The notes: generated by a model not told the origin, from the sequence alone. A stretch of DNA of 63,347 bases, filler included, from Rhabdomonas costata (GCA_019059605.1; 28 parts of 28 records of this genome joined end to end with filler, not necessarily neighbours in it), one strand, 5' to 3'. Counted from the whole stretch's first letter, positions 48,195 through 60,900 are shown. Made by a program: numbers and translations.

Positions 48195-49174
48195 TCATAT
48201 TAGTTCAACACGGTCCTCCTGCAGCAATTGCCGAAGCGGCCGGTATACAATGAAGTAGATGTCTCCTAAGTGCGCGCGTGTGAGCTTCAATCGTAAAGGG
48301 GTTGATGACGTCGACCAGAAGGGCACAATATTCCAACTCTTCTAATTATTCAATGGAAGACTCGTGCAGAACAGAAAAAAAACACACCAAGGGCACAAGA
48401 TTGCTCAAATCAGCAATGTACCTATGGCATAAAAGGCGTGGCACAAATTACGGATATGAAATTTACCACCGTGGTTGGGTGTGGGGTTTGAAGTAGAGCT
48501 GCGATGGTGGTGGTGGACACAGAAGGAGGAAACTTGGGAAGGTGTGGAGAGGAGGGTGCACATGCGTTGCCCGTTCTTGAAGAGCTTTTCTTTTCAGCCT
48601 TTTTGCATTGAGTTGCTATTCTAAAATTTCCCCTAATGACTGGAACTGTATCCAAGAGTGGGCTTTCGTCGGTATCAAATGCTTGGACACTTCGCACCAC
48701 GCCAACCCACGCCAACACAACCACCGTAATGAAGCAGCAGCTTGAGGCAGCTGTTTGTGTCTGCGTGTTTCCCGGAGCGTACAGCGCCACTCAGTATCCA
48801 CTTACGCTCGCTAGCTCCCGTCAGTATTTCCCTCTCGGCGGGCTTTTCGATAACAGCTGGGTGAGCGGCGTGGGGTCAGTAATTCCCTCTCGGCGGGCTT
48901 TTCGACAACAAGTGGGTGAGCGGTGTGCACTCAGTTGGAACAAGATTGGTCGTCTCGCTGCTCAGTTTCAACGTGACTGCAGTGTTGTGCTGTACCTCAG
49001 GAAAGGGTGAAGTTCGTTTGCATCGCGCGTGATGCGCGGAAACTGAGGCAGTAAAAGACACCGACCCGGTACCTGGATCCAGAGACATAGGCTCGTCGTT
49101 TTCCTCAATTTTAAAGGCTCCGATGGGCTCTCTAACGCGGCAGTAAACATGGGCATCCAGGTTTGGACCAGATC
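48195..49174 (-). CDS. SLD5: GINS complex subunit Sld5 (GINS4), last two exons
   Basis: Exons 49174-49073 and 48265-48195: GPNLDAHVYCRVREPIGAFKIEENDEPMSLDP|GDIYFIVYRPLRQLLQEDRVELI-TGA, the Sld5 C-terminal beta domain. Confidence 0.9.
48820..48929. repeat. Two-copy 55-bp tandem repeat inside the Sld5 intron
   Basis: gtcagta.ttccctctcggcgggcttttcga.aaca..tgggtgagcgg.gtg occurs at 48820 and 48875. Confidence 0.9.
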
Positions 49175-49862
49175 CTGTGAAGGCGCAAACCAAATATTAT
49201 TACCAATCTCCGTGTGACAACCAGATGAATTCAGTCACCCGACGACGCCTAACCAAAAAAACCGGGAAGACAGGGCACATCGCATACAAAAAAACCAAAC
49301 CAGATGTTGACACACTGACGACCCTGTGGGCGTGACACCGAACACGAATTCCAGTATATTGCAGCGTCTTAGGGAAACTGAACGTTTCCAGTCGGTTAGG
49401 TCTGCGAAATAGCTCCGGACACAAATAAGCACGCGCACAATGTACTGGCATCGGACCACGCGGGATGCGGCGGAGAGCTGTTTCCGGATGTTATTTCTTA
49501 CATATGGTATATACTTCTTGAGTTTGAGCCGAAGTACTTTTCAGTCTCCTGAGCCAACTTCACCTTGCACTTCGAGGCGAAAAAAAAAAGCCGAAAGCCG
49601 AAGTATACCTGAGGTCTTTTGTATACACAGCAGGCCTCGCAAAACGCTCCGTGACCGGTTGTGGTGCCCTTGGCGGCTCTTTGGTATCCCTTTTGTGCCG
49701 CTTCTTGCCGCACACAGCGGAGTGTTTGGCCTTGCAAGGACACCGCCACGCACCCACAAAACNNNNNNNNNNNNNNNNNNNNNNNNNNNNNNNNNNNNNN
49801 NNNNNNTTAATTAATTAANNNNNNNNNNNNNNNNNNNNNNNNNNNNNNNNNNNNNNNNNNNN

Positions 49863-49867
49863 AAGGT

Positions 49868-49901
<34 letters not shown>

Positions 49902-50426
49902 AAGCCAGGAACGAAAGATATAGCCAACGCGGCGGCGCAAAACGGTAGCGCACAAAAAGGGTAAGATAGAACTTGAAAAGGATGAACTGAGCCTAGTTCT
50001 TAGTCTCTTTCCACCACGGTCAACCGCGGTGGAAAGAGACTAAGAACTGGGCAAAGTTCATCCTTTTCAAGTCCTATGTTACCCTCTTTGTGTGCTACCG
50101 TTTTGCGCCGCCGCGTTGGCTATATTTTTGGTTCCTGGCTTGTGTGTTTGTGTTTGTGTGTGTGTGTGTGTACCTTCGGGCTCAAAGGCTCCGCACTTGC
50201 CTCTTTAGCTGCGGCGTGGACGGGGTCTTTGGCAAATTGGGTGGTTTAGTTGGAATCCTCTTGCTGTGGATTCTGCCGGCTGCTCCTTGCAACGGCCTTT
50301 TCTTTCGAGTTCCGCTGGGAGGTGTGGTCCATGAGGTCTTGCCTCAATCCAAACTTCCAACCCAAAAACAAGGCACGCAAAAATGGAACGGCACCAAACC
50401 ACAGCAAAGGGGAAAACGAGAAGGTT
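49863..50426. repeat. Dispersed repeat family, copy 2, including an imperfect ~310-bp palindrome (49863-50176)
   Basis: Arms meet at 50021-50022 with scattered mismatches. The right arm continues to 50426, colinear with 17367-17782. Confidence 0.9.
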
Positions 50427-51784
50427 CAGCTTTTTTCACACACACACACCACATTTTTCGAGATCACTTTCATAATCTCTTGAAATTGAAATTGGGGTTG
50501 AAGAACACTACCTTGTTCTTCTTTAATTCTCCATCTGCTCGTTATGAAACTCATGTAATTTCTGGTTCAATACCTTGTCAATTAAAAACCAAAAGCGCAA
50601 ATGCATGTGTGCTGTTGGATGCCATGATCGCTTTTATCCTCGCAAGCCTTTATCTCCACCATCTCTACTATAATGATCTTTTGTCTTGCCTCAAGCCTTT
50701 CGCTTCTTTTATCTGGGTGCGCTTTATCTCCTCTCATCTATGCTTGTTGGCTGCTCTCCTTTTCCTGTGCCTTTTGATTGCCGTGCCTTCCTGCTTATTT
50801 GTCTTTTCGACCTTCTTTCCCAATCCTCTCTCTTACTGCCTCGCTCGGGAGTCTTGCCCTTCTGTCTCTCTCCGGTTCTTCATTCTCTCCAATTTCCATC
50901 TCTCTCTTTGCTTTTCTGCATAACATAGTGTCGTATATTCTGGTTGTGGTTTTTCACGACCTGCCTTGGTCATATATTCTTGCTCTTGCTTCTATTTGTC
51001 ATCAACTTTCAAGGCAACAGTGAAGTGATATGGTTCTTTTAATTTTCATAATACTGCAAGTCCAAAGTCACCGTTATATGTGAATAGTTTTGGTTTGTTC
51101 CGGTTTAAAAAGTCACATACGTGTTGAACAAAAAACTCTGGAAATGAGGACATAAAAGCAAAGAACCCAAACGAAAGAGATTTTTACGATAAAATTTGTG
51201 TGAGGAACTGGGTGCCTCAAGGCTTTTTGTCGGCTTTTTTTTTCGTGCCGGCATCCCGTTTTGAGGGTTGGATGAACCACGGGTCAGAAAGCGCTGGGCC
51301 TCACCTATGGTATAAGTGTTGCGGTAGGGCCGAATGAGAAGCCAGACGAATCTGCTTGGCTTGCCTGTGATTGTCACTGGTATTTCAATGCGTATGATTG
51401 ATACCTCAACATATTGGTTGCCGGATGTAGTTTGAGTCTCGGTGCATCTGCATGGCACTTCCTCTGGATTGGCTCAGCCTCCTTCTGTTAGGATTTTCGT
51501 CATGGCAAAGTAAATATCATCTCATAGTCGGGTTAGGTACAACAAAACACTGGCAAGAAAATTGATGAAACAATTGAAGCAAAGGAATTTCCTCCAAGTA
51601 CTCATCTCTTGTTCCCGGCCCGCTCAATCCACCAGGGACTACCTTTCAAGCGTTCGTTATGAAGAGTTAATTCTTACGTCTTTCGGTTCCTCGCTCTCTC
51701 CAATTCTTCCATGTAGATCGTGGTTGCGTGTAGATGTACATAGTGTCCACCTCTCGCTCCCCACACTATCCTCCTCCGCAACAG

Positions 51785-51856
51785 AGTACCTCTGGGTGGA
51801 CCTTGACTGTCAGCCGCATCACTACCACCACAAGGAGCGGGCCATGCTCAACAAAG
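51785..51856 (+). CDS. Isolated internal exon, unknown protein
   Basis: ctcctccgcaacag| EYLWVDLDCQPHHYHHKERAMLNK |gtggca; 72 nt, with GC3-rich codons in an otherwise non-coding contig. Confidence 0.5.
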
Positions 51857-52399
51857 GTGGCAAGTGAAAGTATGGCGGCTGGACCCAAACCCCGTCTCTT
51901 GATGATTTATCTGTTGGCGTGCTCGCACTGCTCTCGATGGATGAACCGTGATAAACCAACCACAAACGTGGAACGTATGGAAAAAATGGGGGACTGACCC
52001 CAGAAGAAAAATCAATAAAAGCCAAAAAACCNNNNNNNNNNNNNNNNNNNNNNNNNNNNNNNNNNNNNNNNNNNNTTAATTAATTAANNNNNNNNNNNNN
52101 NNNNNNNNNNNNNNNNNNNNNNNNNNNNNNNGGTGTGGGGGGGAGTGCGAAAATGGACTGCAAGTAATCAATGAGATCTAAAATCTAAAATCCCAGTGGT
52201 CTTCACCAGAGGATCTTCAGTGGCGAAAGCTTGCTCGATCCACACTCGAACCTGAAGTATTTCTCGCATGTCCCGCTCTCATCGTTGTGGAGTATCTTCA
52301 GCGCTTTCCGCTCCATTACAGTGACATTCCCCTTTTGGATGCCCGAGGATCTTTATGCGAAATGAAAATATGGGATCTTCTTCCATTGCTCTTCTGCAG

Positions 52400-53539
52400 T
52401 TCGGAAAGAGAAGGCAAGTAAGGCTGAGCCTCGAAAGAAGCCCACCGGAGGCCTTGAGGGGCCTGAGAACGACCAAGAGGGTGCGTTGGGGGATGCCGCG
52501 CACTTTTACATACTTACTCTGGTGGGACCACAATGGGTGTGACATGTATGATCCGGTGCCGCGGTCAGTTAAGGAGGCGATTTTTGCAAATGCATTGTTT
52601 TGTACTCAACCGTAATTTCGGCTTTTTCCTTGTTTTTTCCTTGTTGCGCAATTTTCTAAATGCCGAGCTTGTGTTGGTTTCTAAAATTAGATATAAATTA
52701 GATATGATGAATTCAAATTTGACAAAGGGCGACTTTTGTCTTGATATTAACTTTTTGTTTCGCATTTCGGATTGCTTTTCTGTTGCTTGTTTCAGGCGCC
52801 AGCCGTTGCATTGTTGTCCCTACAACCATATGTGGTAGTATAGGGGCGTTTTTCGCCTGAGTTGCAAACACTTGCGGGGAAGGAGTTCTCTGTTTCGTGT
52901 TCAGGTGAGTTTGGGCGTTCATTTTGGGTAATACCCTGAAGAGCTTCAGAGAATTATTCGCCGGGAATCGGAAAATCATTCCGCAGCCCGATGGATTTCT
53001 CGATGGATTTTCCCTCTGTGCCATGCTCAGGGATTCCCCAGTCCATGGACAAGCTCATTGAGCAGACCTATCAGATGACCCCTGAGGAGGTCTCCAAGGG
53101 TGGCGCCGCGCCCATAAAGCTGAAGGTCCGCCATTCGTTGCGAATCTCGTTTCGTTTCCAAAGGTATACTTAGCTTGCTTTTTTCTCTTCGTAGCACAAG
53201 TCGCTGGTCGAACTTCTAGGAACTTTGGAAAACATATCGTGTGAAGAGGGTTGCCTCTCGCACGCGCTAAGTTTCACTGATTTGCACAGAAAAAACTCCA
53301 GCCGTTCAGGTGCTTTATATGGCCCCCCCAACTGTAGTTCTCTCTTGTGCCGCCTGTTTTGTCGTTGTGCGGGTATGCATTATGTGCAGACCGAGTCGCA
53401 GCTTCGCAAGCAGGCCAGGCGGCAGGCCAGGAATGCCCGCAAAGGCAAAATCCCCAAGAGCGTGGCCAAGTTCCAGAAGAAGATTGCTCGTGGCAAGGAG
53501 CTTGCCAAAGCGGGCAAGGCAAAGCAGAAGGGCACCTAA
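52400..53539 (+). CDS. Last three exons of a protein with a basic K/R-rich C-terminus (possibly nucleolar or RNA-binding)
   Basis: In-phase exons 52400-52480, 53031-53125 and 53390-53539, ending ...LRKQARRQARNARKGKIPKSVAKFQKKIARGKELAKAGKAKQKGT-TAA. Confidence 0.75.
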
Positions 53540-55062
53540 CAGGCCAGGAAGTTTTGTACCATGTCGCTGGCTTTGGTATTGGCATTGGCATTGGCATTGC
53601 AAAGTCATGTTTTAGTGGTCTGGTTTATGGAATAATTGATTGGTGAAATGAGGGTGATATAATCTAAATTATTCGGACGTTGATCGAACGTTGTGTTCTA
53701 CTAACTACTTGCATGTTGACAGCCATAGTCCCAACTTAGAGGAAATCCTCTTGCGATTTTCATTCGGCGCACCTGTGGGCCACCTTCTTCAGGCCACCTT
53801 CCGGACGAAGGCGGGCGAAAATCCAAAGGAGTGAGGTCGGGATTGCCCCCATTTACCAAGAAACCTGTCACGCCTGAGAACGCACACCCGGTGGACACCG
53901 CATGCCCTTGTCGTTTATGTCGTTTATTTCGGGTGGACCACCTCACTATCAGAAACCGTTTCACCCCAAAAATGATCACTTTGAACCGGACGACGGATTG
54001 CGCATTGCTGTCGTGTCCGCGCGCGGCTATTGGTTGGACCCTTCCGCCCTATAGGGGTACTTTTCAACCCCGCCCGCCGTTATGAATACTTCCTGTGTTG
54101 CACGGCCGTTTATTTTGCCACCGATGGTCAAAATAACGCCGCGCCGCGTACCAGGCGTCGGCTCATCCCGAAAAAAAAAACGCCAGGCATTTTCGAATCC
54201 GGGGCCAGGACGGCTTTCCGAGGAAAACGGAAGCAAAATTTTTTCATCTCCCAGGAAAAACCAACTTCGCCCCAACAATTTGGTCGTAAACCAANNNNNN
54301 NNNNNNNNNNNNNNNNNNNNNNNNNNNNNNNNNNNNNNTTAATTAATTAANNNNNNNNNNNNNNNNNNNNNNNNNNNNNNNNNNNNNNNNNNNNTTTTGT
54401 GCAAATTTTGCTGAGGTGTTGTTTGTCTTTTTTTTTTTAGCATGAACAACCTGGAGGACTTTAATATCTTCAACGGGAAGATATGAAGTTCTTTTTTAAT
54501 TTTTCGAGGCCCATCATTGAGGTGGTGACTTCCCTCTGGGCCTTTTCCTTTTTTTGTCACCAGGACTGAGCCGGTAGCCAGGAGAGAGAGAGAGGCGCTG
54601 CTCCTGCCGAGGCCTCCCTGGGAATCTCCCGCACCGGCAGGGAGTTTCTATATTCTGAAAGGGAAGGAGTGAGCAAACAGACCCAACCGAACAGAAACAA
54701 ACCACATCAGAACAGACGAGGGAGAAGTCTCCGTCAAAGAGAAAGCACCCCACACACAAAGAAAAGAAAGAAAAGGGTGTAACCAGACTAGCGGGAGGGA
54801 AGGAGGATACAACTTCCTGTTTTACTGCTTCAGCCGAATCCGCTTCATCTAGAACAGGGGTGGCCTCCTGAGGCCTCCACAAGATGCTGAAGTGGTTAGT
54901 AGTACAATGCCTCTACGAAGAGATGAGGATGAGGATGGATAGTATTATCAGTGCTTGGCCAGGCTACTTTCGGTACTTTAGGTACTTTCGGTAGGTTTTT
55001 CCTTTTTCAACTGCTTGCGTACGATATACCTCTACCAGCCCTACCAGCGCTGCCGCTCGTAG

Positions 55063-55284
55063 GGCTGTATGTCCTGCACCACATTGGGAATAGGATCGCG
55101 ATGTTCACGTTTGGCTCTGGGACGCCTCTGGGCCGGCGATACGTCACCCCCGAGAGCAAGCTGGATGCCCTGCTGGTGGGGTGGGCCCTTCCCTATGCCA
55201 CCATGTTCCACCGCGCCATGGCGGAGGACTGTGAATACACCCTGCCCACTCGGCCGAAGCTGTACTCCCTATACCCCCCGTACG
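55063..55284 (+). CDS. Internal exon of an unrecognised globular protein
   Basis: Symmetric 222-nt exon (cgtag| ... |gtattt), GC3-rich: LYVLHHIGNRIAMFTFGSG...SKLDALLVGWALPYATMFHRAMAEDCEYTLPTRPKLYSLYPPY. Confidence 0.65.
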
Positions 55285-56197
55285 GTATTTACTTTTGTGC
55301 ACTCGTACCATCACCACCACCCACAACCAATGTCATTACCACCACAACATGCACATTGTATGTATTGCGTAAACCGGTCCCTTGTTACCCTGCCATTCCC
55401 TGCCTCAGGTCCAAGAGTTTCAGGTCCTGAAGCCATTGAGGATAGCATCCAACCTTTTTCTTTACCAAGATATCGTGCATGGACGCTGGACAAACAAACC
55501 CGCGGACTAAGCGTGATGCGTGTTAAAGTCAGTGGATCTTCCCAAACGTCCTAAAATTCGAGAGACTTAAGCCCCCACCCCCCCCCCCCCTGCACCCTTG
55601 ACAAGAAGCTCCTCACAACAGCAAACAGCAGCAACGACGACCTTTGCCCGCATGCCCTGTAACTTTTCGGTCTCGCTTGCAATGCACACATCATTTCTTC
55701 GTCTCTTTCCCCTTAGGCACACCTCAGCACCACCTTCTTCTGCAATCCTCCACCACCATCCCCTCTTCTTTAATTTGCCTCGCGCTCTGCCTCTTCCTTC
55801 ACACACGGCTTTCGCATTGCACATTACATTGCCACAGCTACTTTCACGCCCACAACGTCCATGCCCTCTCCTCCCGTCTGCGTCACCCCAACGTTGCTCT
55901 GGGCTCTTCCTGTTCTCCCGCGCCTCTCTTCTTCGGATTTGTGCAGAAGTTTTTCGTTTTTGCCCTCCCATCTCCCTCTTCCTATATCTGTACCTCTCCT
56001 CCTTCTCCTTCTCCTTCTCCTTCTCCTTGCCCTTCCCCTTCGGGCGCCGTTGAGCAGAACTCTGGACATTACTGCATTGTTCCTTTTGCGATTCCCTGCA
56101 CACACACACACAGCCTTCAGCGCGGGAAGAAGAGAGGTGAAATCGCGGAGAGAAGAACAAGAAAGCCGACGGAGGTGACCTACCAATAGCGGCGTAG

Positions 56198-56558
56198 CTG
56201 GAACCACATCAAGCAGCAGCATGTAGACGCGTGGCGCGACTGGAAGCGAGAGCGAACGAACGGGCCAAAAATGCCACGGAAGAAAAGCTGATGAGGCTAC
56301 GTGAGGCACTCTCCCGTTCCCTATACGAATCCCTGAACGTGCAACCCGGCTCCTCCATAACGGCGATACGGGCTGCCGGGAGGAGAACAACCCTTGAGCG
56401 TCACCCCAACAAATGCCCCGGCAGTGAGGAACTGGCCACAGAGGTTTTTAAGGCTGTGCGTCAGGCCCAAGAGACCCTCGAGGATGCAACGAAGCGAAAG
56501 CAATATGACGCGCGACGGACCGCATTGGCAAGGGCGGAAACAGAACACCACCCACACA
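56198..56558 (+). CDS. J-domain-like (DnaJ) sequence with HPN instead of HPD; possibly a pseudogene
   Basis: SLYESLNVQPGSSITAIRAAGRRTTLERHPNKCPGSEELATEVFKAVRQAQETLEDATKRKQYD. An in-frame TAG lies just upstream at 56195. Confidence 0.75.
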
Positions 56559-56931
56559 NNNNNNNNNNNNNNNNNNNNNNNNNNNNNNNNNNNNNNNNNN
56601 NNTTAATTAATTAANNNNNNNNNNNNNNNNNNNNNNNNNNNNNNNNNNNNNNNNNNNNGTGGGGTGGAATTTTGCATCCGGGTGTGCGTGGGGGGTGGGG
56701 TGTGCAAGTGCGGGTGATGGTAGTTTGAGGGGTAGGTGTATGTATGCGCGATGGGGGTGAAAACTATTCCCAACTGTCCCCAAAACTAAGGGTCTCTTCG
56801 GCTCCTTTAATTTCTCTAGCCCTCAAACACAGCGACAAATCACGTCGCTGAGGCTTTCGAGGAATATGGTAAAGGAGGCAATGCTGCGGAGGAGGGGCGG
56901 GTGCGAAAGGAGGCAGGGGCTGTGTGGGGAC

Positions 56932-57938
56932 CTGCCCCAGCTCATCCAAGCCGCAGAACAGAACGTTCACCGTGTCTGCCGGGGAGTAAACCACAGCGGG
57001 CAGGACTTCTGTCTGAAGCCTGAAAGCAACAAAGTGCGTGGCACAAGATCACTGAAAGCCCGCCCTCACACTACGCACAGGAAAACAGATAACTCCCCAA
57101 AATATCTCCTCAGGCACATTGGATCCAAGAGCGCATTCAATTGTCCATAATAGCAGGCACGGATGCTTTCAGGCATGGATACTTTCCATGGTCTTTTCTT
57201 TTGGCCACGAAACATACTCTTGATCTCCTATTCTTACGTATTCGGCGTGTTTTTATTTGCGATCGGTGGAAGCCGGGAATTCGAGCAGGACTGCCCTGAC
57301 GCGTAGATGGGAGTATTACCACCAAAACCGTAAAACCGCACATCCCTCCCTCCTCACTCTCTCTCGTCCGAGGCGGGAGGACCGCACGGGGTCGCGGCAG
57401 GCGCCCGCCAGCTCGGGATCCCTCACCACGGCCCACTCCTTCAGGGCAAACGAGAACGGCGAGCCCGCGAAAAGCTCGTTGAGGATGTCATGCTGTGCCT
57501 GCACATGCTCCCCCAAAAACTAACAGAGGGAATGAGAGAGGATGCTCTTCAGCGCCAGCGACGGGGGGCATGGACTGCGCGGTGATTTGGCACTGCGTCT
57601 GCTGACCACACAGAGCAAAGCTGTCTCATACTTTTGCATCTGCTCTGCTCTCAGGGTGGGCAGAAAAGACATTGTGTTTGGCCCTTCCCTGCAAGCACGC
57701 ATACGGTTGTGAGCAGGGGAAGGAGGAAGACGTAGCGCACTTGCACCACCAGGGTGTAGCCCTGGGGGAAGGGCGGGAGCTCAGCGTGGCCGGGAGCGCG
57801 TCTGGCCAGGCCCGCCGGCGCAAACCCGGAGGGCCCACCATTCGTGGTGCGACTGCGGGGGAGGGCGGAGCCACCACTGCTTCCCAAAGCTTCTCTTGAC
57901 GCGACCAGCACTAGCACCACAAGAACCCAGAAGGGCAT
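56932..57938 (-). CDS. Secreted M43 (pappalysin/ulilysin-like) zinc metallopeptidase, first three exons
   Basis: Exons 57938-57705, 57519-57383 and 57019-56932. Signal peptide MPFWVLVVLVLVA, then QHDILNELFAGSPFSFAL...ACRDPVR|LQTEVLPAVVYSPADTVNVLFCGLDELGQ (Q...LN..F....F.F.L and .NV..C....LG motifs). The HExxH motif would lie beyond the contig. Confidence 0.7.
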
Positions 57939-60900
57939 TATTAGAATTCCCTGCAATCAACGTCGCATACGCCACCGCAGAAAAGCTCTCTCCCACCACT
58001 TTCTTTCGGTGGTTTGCACTTCCTTTGCTCTATGACCCGCTCGAGCCCTTGGTGCGTCGCTCAGCACTCGGGAAGATGCGGTTGTGGGCGGAAAAATGAA
58101 ACCACCGGTTAAAGCAAGTAAAATAGCACAGAAGCAATATAAAGGCTGACGCTGAACTGCAACTAAAAGGAAGAGAAGAGAAGAGAATAAGCTAAACCTT
58201 GGGGAAAAACCCACATACCCCACCTTTGAAATTTTTTAAAAATTTGTTCTCAGGGTTCATCGAGGAAAAAGGCTCCTGAAGGTGCGCTTGTGCGTGCGCT
58301 TCCGTTGGGCACATAGCGCGCTGGCTGTTGCCGGATTGACTGCTGGTAACCGCTGTGGACTGACGGGGGTACGCGCGGGTGCCACAGGGTTGCTGCTTGC
58401 TTCGGAGCGAAAGATGCAGTGTTCCACATGGGATCGCCTCCCTTCTGCCCCACGGGTCGCGGTGCATGTGAGAAAGAGGCAATGACAACGGAATCTTTTG
58501 CTGCGCAAAGACCCAGTGTTTTTGGAATGAAAGAAAGCATCAGCATAGAAATCGCAATCGCCTACTCCCATTATAGAAGCAAATGAATTTTCTGCGCAAA
58601 CAAAAGTTCCGCTTTCCCGAGCATCACCCCTGTGAAGGCACTCCACAGAAATGACTGGCTCTCGCCGCCGCAAAATGTGAGCATGTCACACACGCTGGGG
58701 GAAAAAGAAAGCACGGTGCACGTCCCGCGAAACGTGAAACGGCAATTGGCTCCCTTCCCCAGCCTACAGAACAGGTTCTCAGTTTGGCCAGCTTTTTACG
58801 GCGAAGCCAAAACAAAAAAAANNNNNNNNNNNNNNNNNNNNNNNNNNNNNNNNNNNNNNNNNNNNTTAATTAATTAANNNNNNNNNNNNNNNNNNNNNNN
58901 NNNNNNNNNNNNNNNNNNNNNTTTTTGTTGGCGACAATACCATCGGCGCTCGGTACCTGCAATCCAACATAAAGAGGAGTCAATATTGAGAACACGGACT
59001 CCTGCACTATAGAATGGAGGCCAAGCGCCGAAGGTTGTCTCACATGGCAAGGATACTTAGTCCGTTGTCACGTTGTGGAGGCTACGAGCCTTGACGCGGT
59101 GAGCAACCTCATGCAATTGGTGGCCGTTCGCCAAAGCACTGAAAAAAGATGACAATGCTTGAAGGCATTCCTTAGAGTTTTACCGGAGCAACTCCTGCAT
59201 ATGGCGCGGTCTAAGGCCTGAGGGACGGGTCAAAATACTGGATTCCGTAAACGACTTCGGTCAAAATCAAATCTCCCTGGAAGTTCGTCTTCATCACTAG
59301 GCAGGTAAGTGGTATGGAGCAAATTCAGTTTCTAGAAAACGTTCTCTGGCTCAGGAAGTGATGCCCATGGCAACAGTTTACATGATTTTGAGAGTGACTT
59401 GTACCGCACTGTGTTGACGACGAGGCGCTCTGTGGTTGAAGAAAGACCTCGCTGGTTGTTGCCATGACGCGCTTCCGGCGTCAGACAGGCGTTGTCTCTG
59501 GCTGTATCTCACACGTCAGGGGTATACGCGCCTCCACCAGCTTGAAAGCTTTCCAGTCGTGTTTCTTACATCCACTGGAGAGTGGAGCTACCACAAAAAC
59601 ATGCACAAGCAGCAACTTTGCAAGATCATCTACTGATCAAGAAGCCACCGCTTGATTCAAAAGATCGGCGAGCAATCTGGTCACGGTATTGGAAGCCATT
59701 AGGAACGTGCTTCAGCGTTGGCCAAAACGAGCGAAGGGCCTCCTGGACATCAAAAGCGCTCAGGCGAGCTTCCTCAACTTGGACCAGTATGCTTCCCAGT
59801 CCGATTACACTGTCGGCAGAGTGCTGCGTGGATCAAAATGCGACATACTGGACAGACGCGTTTGTGCACCTCCTGAAGAAAGGAGGCAATTTCTCAATTT
59901 ATCACTCCATCAATTTAGCTTTGGAAAACACCTACTTACCAATCCGTTTCGGAAGAATTTTTCAGGAGTCGGCTACCGTGATGGCCACTCCTCGCAAAAA
60001 CCTGGAAGCCAGGGATTCGATGGAATCCAACACTTCGTTGCAAATGGTATGAAGCCTTTTTGCATTCCCCCCGGCAGCAGAGGAGCACAAGCTCGTAAAA
60101 AGTGCCAAAACATCGGTTGTGAATGCCAAGCCCTTCTCGGAAAAGGATTTTGGCCCACCGTTGTATGGTTGTAGCGTCTCATTTTTGACCATTTAATGTG
60201 CTGTTGATTGTACCGTTGCCACGTGTACTGTGTTTCTTGTGGTTGCGCTTTGTTGTTTTTGATTACTCTTATTTATTAAGGCTCTTTAATGCCCATTTCT
60301 TTGTGTCCAGCACTCCACCAAGTCATCTAGCCCGCCAAGGTTATAACACGTAAAACTTTCCGGTGCGACTGATTAGCACTTCATCTGATAAGCGGTTTCC
60401 AAAAACCTAAACCCATAAAATATACACAAAATACAAGTTTATTGATTTCTTGGGGGCTTTGTCCCGTGGTTCTCTACCTCTCCAGCTTATTCGACCACAA
60501 AATGGAATTGAAAAAGAAATTGTACTAAAGGTCAACTGTCTGCTTCCCTGCGTCTCTGGATGGTGGAACTGCAGATCCTGCAAAAGAGTCTCGGAAAGTC
60601 GCATGAATTGTTGCACCGTGGCTCAACAATCTACGCTTCTTAATTTAAACCTGCCGCCTGATTCTGCGGTATCATATTCGTTGTTTCTTCTGTCTGCGCA
60701 ACGGAGGTGGGCTGAGTCTTGGCGGGGGCCTGGTTAGCAGCCAGTGCCACCGCGTTTGACTTAGCTCGACTCTGTTGCGCACACCGAGATGGTTTTTGGC
60801 GCTAAAAAAGTGCGAAGAAGTGGTAACAACTAAGAGACGCCTTCGCTTGTGCCGTAGTGGTGTGGTTTGGTACCGGATAATTTGCTCCGAACTGTACAGG

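Noticed and set aside
50090-50923. 277-aa hydrophobic ORF resembling a membrane protein
   Set aside because: It is built from the dispersed repeat, a TG microsatellite and a pyrimidine-rich tract; the hydrophobicity is compositional.
55567-56390. Several overlapping 150-200 aa ORFs on both strands
   Set aside because: Low-complexity CT-rich sequence including (TTCTCC)n, which lacks stops by composition.
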